Part shown: piece after piece, positions 52,574 to 64,000 of the stretch
Position numbering within the stretch: position 1 is the stretch's first letter
Layout of the letters: every line of letters starts with the position of its first letter
From: Psammoneis japonica
Taxonomy: Eukaryota
Direction of reading: 5' to 3'
NCBI GenBank assembly: GCA_008632985.1
Contig: QPGO01000024.1
Location: 573,848 to 637,847, forward strand
Length of the DNA: 64,000 bases
Position numbers and translations under genes: made by a program
Notes under the pieces: model-generated
What the model saw: only the letters and a program-made list of their open reading frames with translations
What the model was told of the DNA's origin: nothing
Databases searched by the model: none

Positions 52574-55440
52574 ATGGATGATGTAAGCGAAAAGGGTGTC
52601 GTCGTATTATGTGAAAGAAACGGAGTGTTTTTCGACTTTTGACTCGGCAATAACCGCCGCTTAGAACGTTCAACTCCGCCCAGCAGGCGTCTGACGTTCA
52701 GCGCGGTACTGTTTCTACGCTGGAAAACGATGTCGCATTGCGCTCGTGTGATGTTCATCTCACCGTTGCTTCTCTCTCTTTACTTATAGAACGACGTTTG
52801 TCCCCTCTGTTGCGAAGAACTTGATATTTCCGATCGTCAGTTTTTCCCGTGCAAATGCGGCTATCAGGTGTGTATGTGGTGCTGGCACAAGATTCGTGAG
52901 CAAGAATCGGGGTTGTGCCCCGCTTGTCGCAATCCTTATGGAGACGACCCGCACGAGTTTAGCGCTGTGGATATGGAGGAAGTGCTCAAGGAAAACAAGA
53001 AGAAGGCTGCCGCAGAGAAACGAGAGCGAGAGAGACTTCGGGCGGAAGAAGGAGACGGGGGCGATGGAGCTATGGGAGCTGGGCCCATGGCGCTTCCAAA
53101 GGATCGAAACCAACTTGCAAACATGAGAGTCATTCGCAGGAACTTGGTGTACGCGGTGGGAATGCCTCCGGCTATTGCGACGGAAGAAATTTTGAGGAGG
53201 CCGGAGTATATTGGTCAGTATGGAAAGATTTCAAAGATCGTGATCAATCGGAGCAACGTTACCGCCACGGATCCGAGGAGGGCGAGTGCTTCGGCATATA
53301 TTACGTTTGTTCACAAGGTGAGTAGAGTGGAACCTGAGAAAGACGTTCGATTAGAATCGATTTCCCTCAACTGTGCTATTCGTTACACACTATCCAATAG
53401 GAGGATACGCTGGCTTGCATTCTTGCTCTGGATGGCTTTTATATTGACGGGCGGAACATTCGTGCTTCGTACGGGACGTCGAAATACTGCTCTGCATTTA
53501 TCAAAAATGTTCGTTGTAACAACCCGGAATGTACCTATTTGCATTGCATGGGAGAAGCGGAAGACACCTTTACCAAGCAGGAGATACAGGCGGGTTATGT
53601 CACGAGTGGTAGGGATGTATTGGCTCGGCAGCAGCAAATTGTGGCACAGGCTCTCAGCGCAGCTGCGGGAGGAAGTGGATCGGCTGGAGAAACCAGGCGC
53701 AAGGTGGGTGGTGGTGGACCGTCAGGAACTGGTAAGCCGTGTTCCAACCCGCAGTTCCCACCTCCATCCTATGACGAAGCAATCAAACCGGCTCACACAA
53801 GAAATAGCTCTGCTGGAAGCTTTGCGGCTGTGCCTCCACCCACACTCACCGGCACATCAAAGATTGGAAGATCCGTATCCTTGGGTGCTGGAACGACGTT
53901 GATTGGTGGAACGACGACGTCTGTACCAAAGGGCACAATTAGCGGGGCGAGTGCTGCTATGGCGACTAGAAGTAAAAGTGTCGTGGCCGGGGCGAGCGGC
54001 GTGGAGCCACCCTTGGTTGGTCCTGCCGGAGCTAGTAACACCGCTACAGCCGCAGCTGTGGTAGCTGCTGGACGCAGCTCTGTCACTGCAGCATCAGAAG
54101 GAACGGGTTCGCGTTCTACACTTACGGCTTTGACTCCTCTGAAGCGATCGTCTACCCTCCCATCCAAGAGCGCGGCGATTGGATTGAAAGCATCGGCAAG
54201 TGGCGAGCTTGATAGCGAGGCTTTGCAGATTCATGCAAACATGCCTTTGCCAAAGGGTCTGTCGGCCGAACAGCGTGCCGCTCTGATGGAGCAACGCCGT
54301 GATACCACTACGAACTTGCCAAGGCAGCAACGTGACACGTCGCTCAAGCTTTCTGCGCTCCGTAGCAACGGAAGCAATGGGCAGAAACAAAATGGTGGTG
54401 TACTGGGAACAGCTCCTACCTCACCCTCGTCTTCTATTTCTTCTTCTGGGGCCGTCAGCAACAAGATTCCTCCCACTAGTCACGATGTTGGCACTATTGG
54501 TGGAACTGCGATTGGTGCGCCCCCTGGTCCCACCGGGACGTTTGGTGACACGCTCAGTGGGCTCAGTGGTATTGGGGGGCAACCTATTGGCGGAGATGTT
54601 GGTACAGCTAGAAGTAGTAGTCTCGGAGGTGAAATTTATACTGGGCGTTTGCCAACGACTGCACCAGGCAACGGCGGTATGTTTGGTAGCAGCAGCACTC
54701 GTTCGGATGGACTATGGGGCGGAGAGCCGCCGGTTGAGAGTGGCTTATCGTCCTCTGGATTGGGTGGTCGCAGCTCCACGCCTGGTGTGATTGGTGGTGG
54801 CACTAAAGGTGTGGGTGCGATTGGATCACACGGAGTTATTGGAGGAGGCACTGTAATTGGCGGTTCTCGCTACAGCTCGGGTAGTTCGGCGCTCGCTTCA
54901 ATGCTTGGCATTAGTTTGCCCACTGGAGCGGACTCTCTTCGAGAATCAAGCTCACTCTGGGAATCCTCAACGCCCGCCCCAACTCCAATTATCGGGAACA
55001 GCGGACCTGGTGTTATTGGTGGATCCAGTGTGATTGGGTCATCAAAGAGCAGTGGTAACCCCATTGGCGGATATGCGATTGGAGGAGGACTGAGCTCCGG
55101 CGGACGCCCACCCTCAAAACCTGTTGGTGGCGGTGGAAGCAGCAACAGTAGCGACATTGCTCTTTTGCAGAGCATTCTACCTGGGGTTCACATTACAAGC
55201 GGCAACGCCCAGCAGCCTGCGGCTCCCACCAATACGAGTGGCTTTGGAGCCGTTGGCGGTTCTAGCTGGGATGGCGGAGCGAACAGCAGCTTTGCTCAAG
55301 GAAGCAACAACAATACTTGGGGAGCTCAAGGCAGTTTGCAGCAACAAGCTATGCAGCAACAAGCTCCTCCGGTTGGAGCTCCAGGCCTTGGGAGCTCCCA
55401 ACAAAAACAGAAACAGAATTCGAGCAACAATATTTGGTAA
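52574..55440 (+). CDS. NOT4: CCR4-NOT E3 ligase NOT4/CNOT4; exons 52574-52582, 52790-53317, 53401-55440
   Basis: C4C4 RING CPLCCEELD..FFPCKCGYQVCMWCW..CPACR; RRM RVIRRNLVY..GQYGKISKIVIN; RASYGTSKYC..C.N.EC.YLH; GT-AG introns in frame. Confidence 0.95.
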
Positions 55441-56531
55441 ACATTGTGTGATGGAAGGAATGGAATGGATTTATGGCAATGGATAGTGCAATGGAAAGGT
55501 TTGAGGAAGAAACTGGTCGGAGATAATGGTAATGGAATGGTTTGCGGCGATACACATTTTACATATGATTGCTCGGATATACAAGATTGGAGGAATGAAT
55601 GACTTGCGGCGTGGAAGAGTGAGCTTGCCGATGCTTGCTTGGCTCTTTTGGTGTACGTAGGCCCGCATTGTAGTGCTACTGGTAGATTGATGGAAGTCGG
55701 AGAAGGCAGTATAGCAATAAGGCAGCTAACAGTGATCATTCTAAAACTCTCGCGTTTTTCCATCCGGCGTTTGTTGCCTCTGTTGATCACCATTGGAGTG
55801 AACGTCCCACTCAATCTTGCGCGCAATCGGTACTGCATTTAAGAGGTAGCTGAGGCGGCATATCGGACAGTACGGCTGTAGTTCAAAGCAACTTTTCCGT
55901 CCTTCAAGATGAAACAGGGAGCAGCAATTTGGCAGTCGGGTGACCAGTAAGGTGTCACCGTCATGAAGACCTTGCCTGCAATCCACTTTGGCGGTGGATG
56001 CAGCGACATTCTTGGTTCCTGATGGCTGAGATAAATTTCGTGCGACACCATTCAAATCTTGAGGTGGGACGATGCTGGACACTTAGCGACAGAGTCGAAA
56101 ATCGACTTCTTTGTTCAGAGAAAGGAAGAGATGCAAAGTTATTTCCTACCCTAATTAACGTTGAGTATTCATGCACCATATGAGTGCCTTTGACAGCGAC
56201 ACTGGAACAGTGGGCTATATCGCTAGGCGGCAAAGATAACGGAGGTACGACTAAGACAGAAGCGCATAGCCTGTAAGCTTGATAAGAAGAAGGCGCGAGA
56301 CCGAACACTCATCTGACCTGCACAGTCTACCTGAGGAGTTTCGTCAACCAATCACGAGAGTCCAACCAAAGGTGCCTTCAGAAAATGACATGGAAACGTC
56401 ACTTCCAGATTTGACCAAAACAGAGCTTAAAATTACGGCAATTTCGAAGACAGGTCGGTGGAGATAGTATTGTCAAATAACGACTCTTCCCGCTTTGGCA
56501 AGGACAGCAGATAGCGCGGCTTTACCTGTGG

Positions 56532-57206
56532 TCACGACGGCGGTTTTTTGTCGTTTGGAATTTTCATGACAAGGTTAAAATGAAGCCCGTGCTTTGGTAC
56601 AGACACACGTTGTAACGGACGAAGTAAAAAGGCGTCCTGGTCGTTGGCCTGTTCAAATTCGGCGTTGTTGTAATGCCACTTTCCCTCTGATACAGCCTCG
56701 GACACTTCCGCGCAACGCGTGCTGTCAGCTGCGTTGTCCTTGTCAATGACCATAATTCCCAGTTTGAAAAACACATCATGTCCCCGCAGGATACCTAAAT
56801 CGCGTGATCCGAGACTATGAATTTGTAATACCAAGTCTCGCATTGCATGCTTTAACTCGTTCAGTTGCTCATCTGTGTCGACCTCATTGATAACGGGAGA
56901 TGCAATGACTTGCAGAACGAATTGTTCCAACACACGTTCTTTGTCAAGTATTTTCAGAACGACTTGGTTCGACACGTTTGACACAATGGAGGGTTTAATC
57001 ACTTGAAGTGACTTGGAAACATACTTGCAAACCTGAACGTTCCGATTTTTGTGGCAATGAATCCCTAGAAATGGGAAGCTCACAAATGACTCTTCCGGGT
57101 ATACTTGTCGCACAAATAGCAATTGATGAATGAATGCTTCTAACGTAGCACCCAACAATGTGGACCATTGACGTTGCCCTCGTGTTTCCGCCGCAGACAT
57201 GGCCAT
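56532..57206 (-). CDS. REV7: HORMA-domain protein, REV7/MAD2L2-like
   Basis: LEAFIHQLLFVRQVYPEESF, VLEQFVL; 224 aa. Confidence 0.7.
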   Translation of the reverse strand: MAMSAAETRGQRQWSTLLGATLEAFIHQLLFVRQVYPEESFVSFPFLGIHCHKNRNVQVCKYVSKSLQVIKPSIVSNVSNQVVLKILDKERVLEQFVLQVIASPVINEVDTDEQLNELKHAMRDLVLQIHSLGSRDLGILRGHDVFFKLGIMVIDKDNAADSTRCAEVSEAVSEGKWHYNNAEFEQANDQDAFLLRPLQRVSVPKHGLHFNLVMKIPNDKKPPS

Positions 57207-57487
57207 GATGCCATGATTGTGTTTTATTGTGTATGTGCGCGTGGGCAGTGAGCAACGCCAAAGTGCTGACCGTTGCTGGAGGGAAGTTTTGCTTTTTCAA
57301 TTTGTGCGGTTCGCGTCGCAGTTCGCGTGTTCGCAATTTATAAAATCACTACGGACATGAGCATTTCAAATCACATCATGTTTGATTTCTTTTCGATGCC
57401 CGCCCACTCTACTCTCCAGTAGAGAGAGCACTCGCTCTCGATCTATGTATCTCAACTACTGTAACTCGTTGCTTTTGATGGCCAATC

Positions 57488-58930
57488 ATGCAGCCCTTTC
57501 CTGCCTTATTGAAAGATCTTTTTCTTTTTGGACTGACGGCGGTAGCATCTGTGGTGTTGTCAACCAGAAGAGCAAGAAACGCCAATGATGACGCCCTTCT
57601 TCAAAAGTCGCTTCGAGAGGGGACATCCTTGAATGCTGCTGAACTTGTCTGCACCGTGGACGCCAACAATGTTCCTACTCCAAAGGGTCATCCGCGAGCG
57701 CAAGTCCGGTTGGAAAACTTGTGGCATCGTGCCACTTATATTGTCGTGCGGCACGAAGAGGAATCCATTCAAGAAGAAGACGAAGAGTATCTTTTAGTGC
57801 AGAAGCGATCGAAACTCAAGGATTACTGTCCACGCAAATTAGATCCAGCTCCAGGTGGTGTGGTGGGATTTGGCGAATCTTATCATGAAAATGCTGTACG
57901 GGAAATGCAAGAAGAAATGGATATTGATGTCGAGTCTTCAAACAATTCGCTACGGCGGCTCTTTGCATTCAAGTACACCGATGACCGTGTTCGCTGTTGG
58001 GGGGAGTTGTTCGAAGGTGTTTACCGCGGGCCGCTGAACCGAATCAGAATGCAAGAAGAAGAGGTTGAAGAGGTTATGCGTTTGTCTGTGAAGGAAGTCC
58101 AGGAGATGGTCAAGTCGAATCCCGATGCATGGATGCCAGATGGATTGCATGCATTGCGTCTATATCTACAATACCGCCAGGATGCTTCTTTAAAGAGACG
58201 GTTGCTCAAGGGTTACAGCAGTGGAAACTTGGACGCGTACTCCTTGCGCCCAAAACCCGAGGCAATATTCTTTGACTGCGACGATTGCCTTTACTTTGAT
58301 GGTTGGAAGGTTGCCAACCAGCTTACAGCAAAGATTGACGAGTGGTGCGTCAAGCGTGGCTTGCCCGAAGGAGAAGCATACGAATTGTATAAGAGACACG
58401 GAACTGCACTTCGAGGTCTTTTGGCAGAAGGACACATGGAACATTGTGACGAGGCAATCGATGCGTATCTTGAGGACGTGCACGATTTACCGATTTCCGA
58501 AATGTTATCTCGTGATGAGCAACTCCGACAGATTATTCAGAGGATTGATCCATCGATCCCAAAATACATCTTTACGGCGAGCGTGCACCATCACGCTGAA
58601 CGTTGTCTAGAAGCATTGGGTATTGCCGATTTATTTGATGGTATTATTGATGTGAAGGCATGTGATTTGCATACGAAACACTCGAGAGAGGCCTTTGATG
58701 CTGCGATGAAAGTTGCTGGTGTCAGCCATGCCGAATCTTGCATCTTTCTTGATGACTCAATACGAAACATTCAAGCGGCGAGGGATGTAGGGTGGCGGAG
58801 CATATTAGTGGGTCGTGTTGGACGTGACTGTGGAAAACCCGTTTCTACTCAACATGCCGAGCATGAGATCGAGCGAATTCATTCCATGCCTGACGTTCTA
58901 CCCGAGCTATTTGATCACGAATCCAGTTAG
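57488..58930 (+). CDS. Nudix hydrolase (YfcD/IDI-like) fused to a HAD pyrimidine 5'-nucleotidase (SDT1-like)
   Basis: Nudix box GGVVGFGESYHENAVREMQEEMDI; HAD motifs FFDCDDCLY, IFTAS, FLDDSIRNIQAARDVGW. Confidence 0.88.
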   Translation: MQPFPALLKDLFLFGLTAVASVVLSTRRARNANDDALLQKSLREGTSLNAAELVCTVDANNVPTPKGHPRAQVRLENLWHRATYIVVRHEEESIQEEDEEYLLVQKRSKLKDYCPRKLDPAPGGVVGFGESYHENAVREMQEEMDIDVESSNNSLRRLFAFKYTDDRVRCWGELFEGVYRGPLNRIRMQEEEVEEVMRLSVKEVQEMVKSNPDAWMPDGLHALRLYLQYRQDASLKRRLLKGYSSGNLDAYSLRPKPEAIFFDCDDCLYFDGWKVANQLTAKIDEWCVKRGLPEGEAYELYKRHGTALRGLLAEGHMEHCDEAIDAYLEDVHDLPISEMLSRDEQLRQIIQRIDPSIPKYIFTASVHHHAERCLEALGIADLFDGIIDVKACDLHTKHSREAFDAAMKVAGVSHAESCIFLDDSIRNIQAARDVGWRSILVGRVGRDCGKPVSTQHAEHEIERIHSMPDVLPELFDHESS

Positions 58931-59419
58931 AAACAGTGGAAGACGCATCCAAAACACAATACTACAGTTTTGGGATTGGCAGCTGGTAATTTCTCCACTT
59001 GAAACCCTCTGCAAATTTGCATCGACTCGGAAGCTTGGTTTCTTGGTCTGAGTGAGCGAGCAGGACCATCGTCTAAAAGTAGTTCAGGCTACATTCTAGA
59101 ATTCAGAATGCTTTACCTTACTGTACGGAGCTGTGTTGGTTCGCAACTTCTGCTGGCTACAGACAGTAGCCATCTATTGAATGGTGCATCGGTGCTCGTA
59201 GCCGTCCTCTTTGTGCTAGACTCTGCGACAGTGCTGCAGGGCCTAGAGTGGACAAGCAAGCAGCGCAGCCGAACTCCACTCTCACCTGTGGTGCTACGTA
59301 GATGCTGTAAAGCACCTTTCGATTCTTTAAAAACTCCCTCTAACTCGCGATTCAATTGCATGCTAGCACAACTTGAAGAGGGAGCAGTGAGTCAGTCTAT
59401 TTTACATTGTTAGAGAATC

Positions 59420-61320
59420 TAGAAGGGGGGCTTGCAAACACATCTTGTGGACTTCACTCCTTGCTGGGCTGCAGCACATGGCAAAGCAACAACAGCTTGG
59501 CTGCAGAGGAGTTCTCTGGGGGCATGGCAATTTTGGTGGTGGCACACCCTTTTACTCTGTGTGCCTGGCAGGCAACAAAAAAATTGAGTGTGATGCAAAA
59601 ACGCTTCTGTGAAAATTGTGAGCCACCAGCTCATTCCAGAAAAAGTGGGGTCATGCAAATTGGGGGTCGTGCCAAGTTCCCATTTGCTTGAATTTTGCAT
59701 CACATCAAAACCACTGCTGCTCACATTGTGGATTGCACAAGTCAGGCCACAATGCCGCATCTTCCACAAGCAATGTCATCATGTCGTGCCACACTGCACC
59801 CAGCTGGAGGTCAGCCAACATGTGGATGTGCTGTGTGCACTGATGGTCTGGGTGTTCCTCTGAAAAGTGCCTTGGTCAAGAGCCACGTCCTCCTTGGATT
59901 GTGCTTCCCAGGTGCACCCAGGCAGTGCTGTGCTGCTGCACACAAGAGGGGGCCAGTGCGCTGCATTGCCACATTGCCAGCAGGCACATGCTGTGCTTGT
60001 GCACAGGAAACTGCGCACCCTCATCAGTCAGGAATCTCCCTCATTGTCAGTGTTGGAGTCACACACGTGCAGCTTGGGGCTTCCATTGCATGTGCACGCC
60101 ACTCTCTCCACCAGGAAATGTGGATGTTTGCAGCACACTTGCTGAAAACCAGCCAACAATTGGGTTGTGCTGACCTGGTTGCAAGTCTGGCCAAAGAATC
60201 TGAACAAGATTTTGCCCCTCTGCTGAGCTCACTTGGGTCCAGCCAGAACATCCAAAAGCAAAAGTGCTTTGTTTCACAAATGTGCACAACTCTCATTGCA
60301 GCTTGGGCAGGGTGCTCTTCTTTGAACTTGGGAGATGCCAAAGCTGCCATTCCACATGCTCTCACCAAACACTTGGGCCATTGTTCTGCAACTGCGTGCT
60401 TTCCACAGGCTTGCAGTCAACAGCAAACTTTCTCCATGTTTCCCAGGGGATCACATCTCCTCCAGGTTCTTTGTGTGCTTCAAAGCAGTGGGGTCTCTGC
60501 TCATGACAAGCTCTGGTGCAGACCGCAGCAGGCACAACTCTGGCACAGACCACAGCAGGCACAATGGAGGCAATTGTTGTGGTGAGAGAAGGGGAGAGAA
60601 TCATTGTGGTGAGAGAAGGGGAGGGGGGGGGGGGGGCTTGTGTTTCTCACCATCAGCACGCTGCTTGCTTGCAGACTTCTTTCTCCTCATCTGCTCTGCC
60701 ACAACATCTCTTTTCCTTCTCTTTGTGGTCTTTTCAAACTGCTGCTCCCTTGCTGGCCTTTTGCCACACTTCATGGCCCATTGCCACAATCTCATCTCAT
60801 TGTTGCACACCCTTGGCTGGAGAGTGAGCTTGAAGCTCAGCTCCTTGTCCTCCATGACAAACTTTCTTGTGCACAAAAGTGGATCTCTCGTGCTGGGCAC
60901 TTTGTGTCAGCTGCTGTTTGAGAACTTCTCTCTGGTCACACGGTGCCACATTCCAGCGCGTTTGTCACACAACAACACTTCCGTCATTTTTGGTGCTGGT
61001 TTCTCTGCTGGCTGTTGTGCCCGATGGCCAAGGCATGAGGGGCAGTGGCTGGAATGAAGGGGGGGGAGGGCAGCCCAGCTCTGAAGCTGTGCAGTCTTCC
61101 ACTGACCTGCCCCCCCCCCCCCCCACCTGAGACATCTTGATTGTGTGCACCCGCTGACCTCCTCTTCCTTTGCAGACAAGAATGGAAAATGAAGGCCTTG
61201 TCTGACAACAACCGCCCAACCTGTCACCTGTCATTCCCGTGTTGCTGTCGTTGTCAACAAGCACGAATTTTTTGTGTTTTTCATGTTCAATCTAGAAAGG
61301 CGGTTTTTCACAAAGTGTTG
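59420..61320. mobile_element. TpA/CpG-depleted block; decayed repeat of unidentified family with short internal duplications
   Basis: No TpA seen from 59555 to 61292; duplications gaccRcagcaggcacaa x2 (~60521, ~60548) and ttgtggtgagagaaggggag x2 (~60577, ~60604). Confidence 0.55.
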
Positions 61321-61672
61321 TCTTATCCCAATCACTGAAGCACCAGTAGAAAAGCACGCACGTACCGTACGTACCTACAGACAGCACCGTGCGTAGCCTC
61401 AGATACTGTAGTCTAGAAGCTACTAGGGCCCTATCAGTCTGTCCGCTACTTCGATGTTGAAGTTCAACATGCCGATCTCGCTCATCTCAGTTAGTCCACG
61501 GCATGAGTGCGTGCTGAGCGTTGTTTGTTGTTGCTCATTGATAGTTAGTCCATCTCTCATCGTTTGTCAGCCAACGCTTTTAAAATCGAAATCTACCAGC
61601 CGATCTACCCAGCGCCGAAGCAAATCCTACAAACGCGTAGCTATTGATTACGATTATCTCAAGAAGTGCGTA

Positions 61673-62947
61673 ATGAAAGTAATTGTTCCCCGCTTTCCGC
61701 GACCTGTTACCGCTTTCATGTCGGCGGTTGTATTCGTGAGCATGTGTCTCCTGGATTGTCAATTTGCTAGTGCTTGGGGTCCCCACGTAACGAGTCGTGT
61801 TCAGAGGCAAACGACAAGGAATTTTCAGAATCGGGTTAGCCAGGATGCTGTGAACACATCAGCAGACATGGTGGAGGCAGAAGGTGAGAATATCATCCTT
61901 CGAAAGGCCTTGTCCCTGTTGGGTGTTGACGATTCGAGAGCGACAGACTTGAACTGGTCTTTTGTGGATGCTGCATACCTTATTACTTGCCCGAATGCAG
62001 ACCCGGAGTCAGAACGGCTTAATCGTGCAAAACAGATGTTGGCAGGTGTGAATCTACTTGATAGAGTGCAGGTGAAGGAGTTTTGTACCGATGACGAGGA
62101 TCGCATCCGTGGTTGCTACACGTCGCACATTTCTGTCCTAAAAGATGCATTGGTCGACACCGATAGAAGAGCAAAAGGAAATCCTTTCAAACAGATGTTC
62201 AAAGTGTTCGAAGATCAGGAATCTACTACTAGAAGCGATGACGGCGACGAGGACGCAATTGTGCTTGTGTTGGAGGACAACTTTTCTTTGAGTGGAAGCC
62301 TAGACCAATCTCTACTTGCTTCAATTGCTAATTATGCCTCCAGTGGAACCCATTGGGATATGATTCATTTGAGTTACACCCCATACGTTCCTAACCTTGT
62401 TGTTACCAGAACCGAAAATAAGAAAGTGGTGAAACTGAGTTGTGGGTTGGGTTCTGCACTAGGAACCTCCGCATACCTTATCAACACGTCTGCAATTAAA
62501 GCCTTGCTGGAAGAGGACGCAGAACAGGGATACTACGCAGCAATTCCAGATGTCATGGCAGGCCTGTTCCCGGAGACTAGATACTCTGCATTCCCGACGC
62601 CCTTTGTTCGTGCCCATTCAACTAAGAGTTTGGTTAATCCTCAGCTTGACGATATCCGGACGCTTCTGTTCAGGCCAGCCGTGACATCCCAAGTGCAGAA
62701 AATTCTTGCGTTCTCTGGAGTAAGCACCAACAAGCTCCTCCCTATCGCTATTCTGCTGCTGTTGGCAGGAACGGTTCTTTCCGTTCAGAGCAGTTTGACA
62801 GCACTTTTGAGTCTACTGGCAACTGGATCCTACGATGGACCTCTCATATTTCCGGTGCTGAGCACGTTTTTCACTATGTGCTCGCTAGCAATCATAGCCC
62901 AAGGCATTCTTTTGGCACCCAAAGCGCAAGATAACGCTTCTCAATAA
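61673..62947 (+). CDS. Glycosyltransferase family 25-like protein, probably plastid-targeted, with C-terminal TM helices
   Basis: RGCYTSH, VLVLEDN, GTSAYLIN motifs; signal peptide followed by ASA-W; start may be 61718. Confidence 0.65.
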   Translation: MKVIVPRFPRPVTAFMSAVVFVSMCLLDCQFASAWGPHVTSRVQRQTTRNFQNRVSQDAVNTSADMVEAEGENIILRKALSLLGVDDSRATDLNWSFVDAAYLITCPNADPESERLNRAKQMLAGVNLLDRVQVKEFCTDDEDRIRGCYTSHISVLKDALVDTDRRAKGNPFKQMFKVFEDQESTTRSDDGDEDAIVLVLEDNFSLSGSLDQSLLASIANYASSGTHWDMIHLSYTPYVPNLVVTRTENKKVVKLSCGLGSALGTSAYLINTSAIKALLEEDAEQGYYAAIPDVMAGLFPETRYSAFPTPFVRAHSTKSLVNPQLDDIRTLLFRPAVTSQVQKILAFSGVSTNKLLPIAILLLLAGTVLSVQSSLTALLSLLATGSYDGPLIFPVLSTFFTMCSLAIIAQGILLAPKAQDNASQ

Positions 62948-64000
62948 ACGAAATGAGTCGTCACCCTTGTATGCCATTGGCTAAGTCTCTCTGGAGAGCC
63001 CAATGTTTAGGTACAAATTTTTCAATCACCTCCACAAAGCATCCAGTCACGACCTCGACGTCCACAGTATTCTTACTGCATTCATGAGTTCTTATTTCTC
63101 CTACCATACACTCACAATAGAGAGAGCTGCCACTACTGCGAGCGGTTGCATGAGCTAATGTAGCAAAAGTCTATTACTCGCAAAATTTTATAGTTTATTT
63201 CAAGGCTACATTATTTGTTTTAAGTATATTTAAAATACACAGCCTGTTCGACCAAAGAGTAAGGCAATTCTAAATTGAGGCTAGTAGACTTGAGAGGAGG
63301 TACTCTCTAGTAGCTAGCGACTACGAGAGAGACACGAGGAGATAGATAGAATAGAACGTGAGTGGATGGGAAGCGAAAATGCCATACCGGTAGGCAATAC
63401 TGACGTGTGCCATTTAACAATCACTTGAATCTTCAAATTGCAGAATTGATGCTTTAGGGTATATAATAATTTATATGGAAATAAGTATATATGACGTAGC
63501 TAAATGGTATTTTCCTTTGTAGTAAGATGTACTCAGTACATACGTGGCCTTCAGTAGTCGTACTACGTACCATAGGCAGTATGGATTTATCGACGCGACG
63601 GTGGGGGCGAGCGGCGGCGAAATCCCATTCACAAAATCGATCGACATCAGCCAAAAACAAACCCATGCCATGAGACCAAATTCATCTGGACGATGAGCAA
63701 AAGCAATGACAAAGGCAACGATAAGATCGTCGGTAGTAATCCACCTCTTCGAATTCACAAAGATGAGGAGTTATTGCCGGATGAACCGCCCATGAGGTAA
63801 GCAAATTGAAGCCAAAACTGTCCCTACCATAAGGAGAAGCAACCTGCTTTCGAGATTATTGAGTTCGTCGCATCACTCGACTATGGCAACGAATGAGTAT
63901 CATTGTAGGGCCTTGATCATGCAATGAAGATGCTGGGGGGGACGCCATTGCTGACGATCGGTCACGGGAAAGCCACCCAATTGCTTCGTCATGGCAAGCC

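Noticed and set aside
59950..59995. CWQCGNAAHWPPLVC on the minus strand as a gag zinc knuckle
   Set aside because: The spacing is non-canonical and Cys/His are inflated by the mutation bias
63454..64000. Short ORFs at the window end
   Set aside because: No sustained reading frame or recognisable motif

Overview
Eukaryotic genomic DNA, most likely a diatom. That assignment is inferred from short GT-AG introns, ASAF-type bipartite plastid presequences and CoDi-like Copia motifs. Compact gene islands (UTP20, START-domain protein, frataxin-like, KEA/Kef antiporter, cupin, NOT4, REV7-like HORMA protein, Nudix-HAD fusion, GT25-like) alternate with five sharply bounded blocks (~1-1500, ~19120-25140, ~27610-29090, ~30970-47300, ~59420-61320) of decayed repeat/transposon DNA, including recognisable Copia and Ty3/gypsy remnants. 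The main finding is that these blocks have lost CpG and also, even more completely, TpA, with both converted to TpG/CpA. The change is directional, as seen between copies of a tandem repeat crossing a block edge and in Tyr->Cys/His changes in conserved RT motifs. It spares TCTA/TAGA and TTA/TAA contexts and extends slightly beyond the CpG-depleted zone. This suggests a repeat-targeted TpA->TpG/CpA hypermutation process, opposite in direction to fungal RIP. All counts and motif matches were made by eye.
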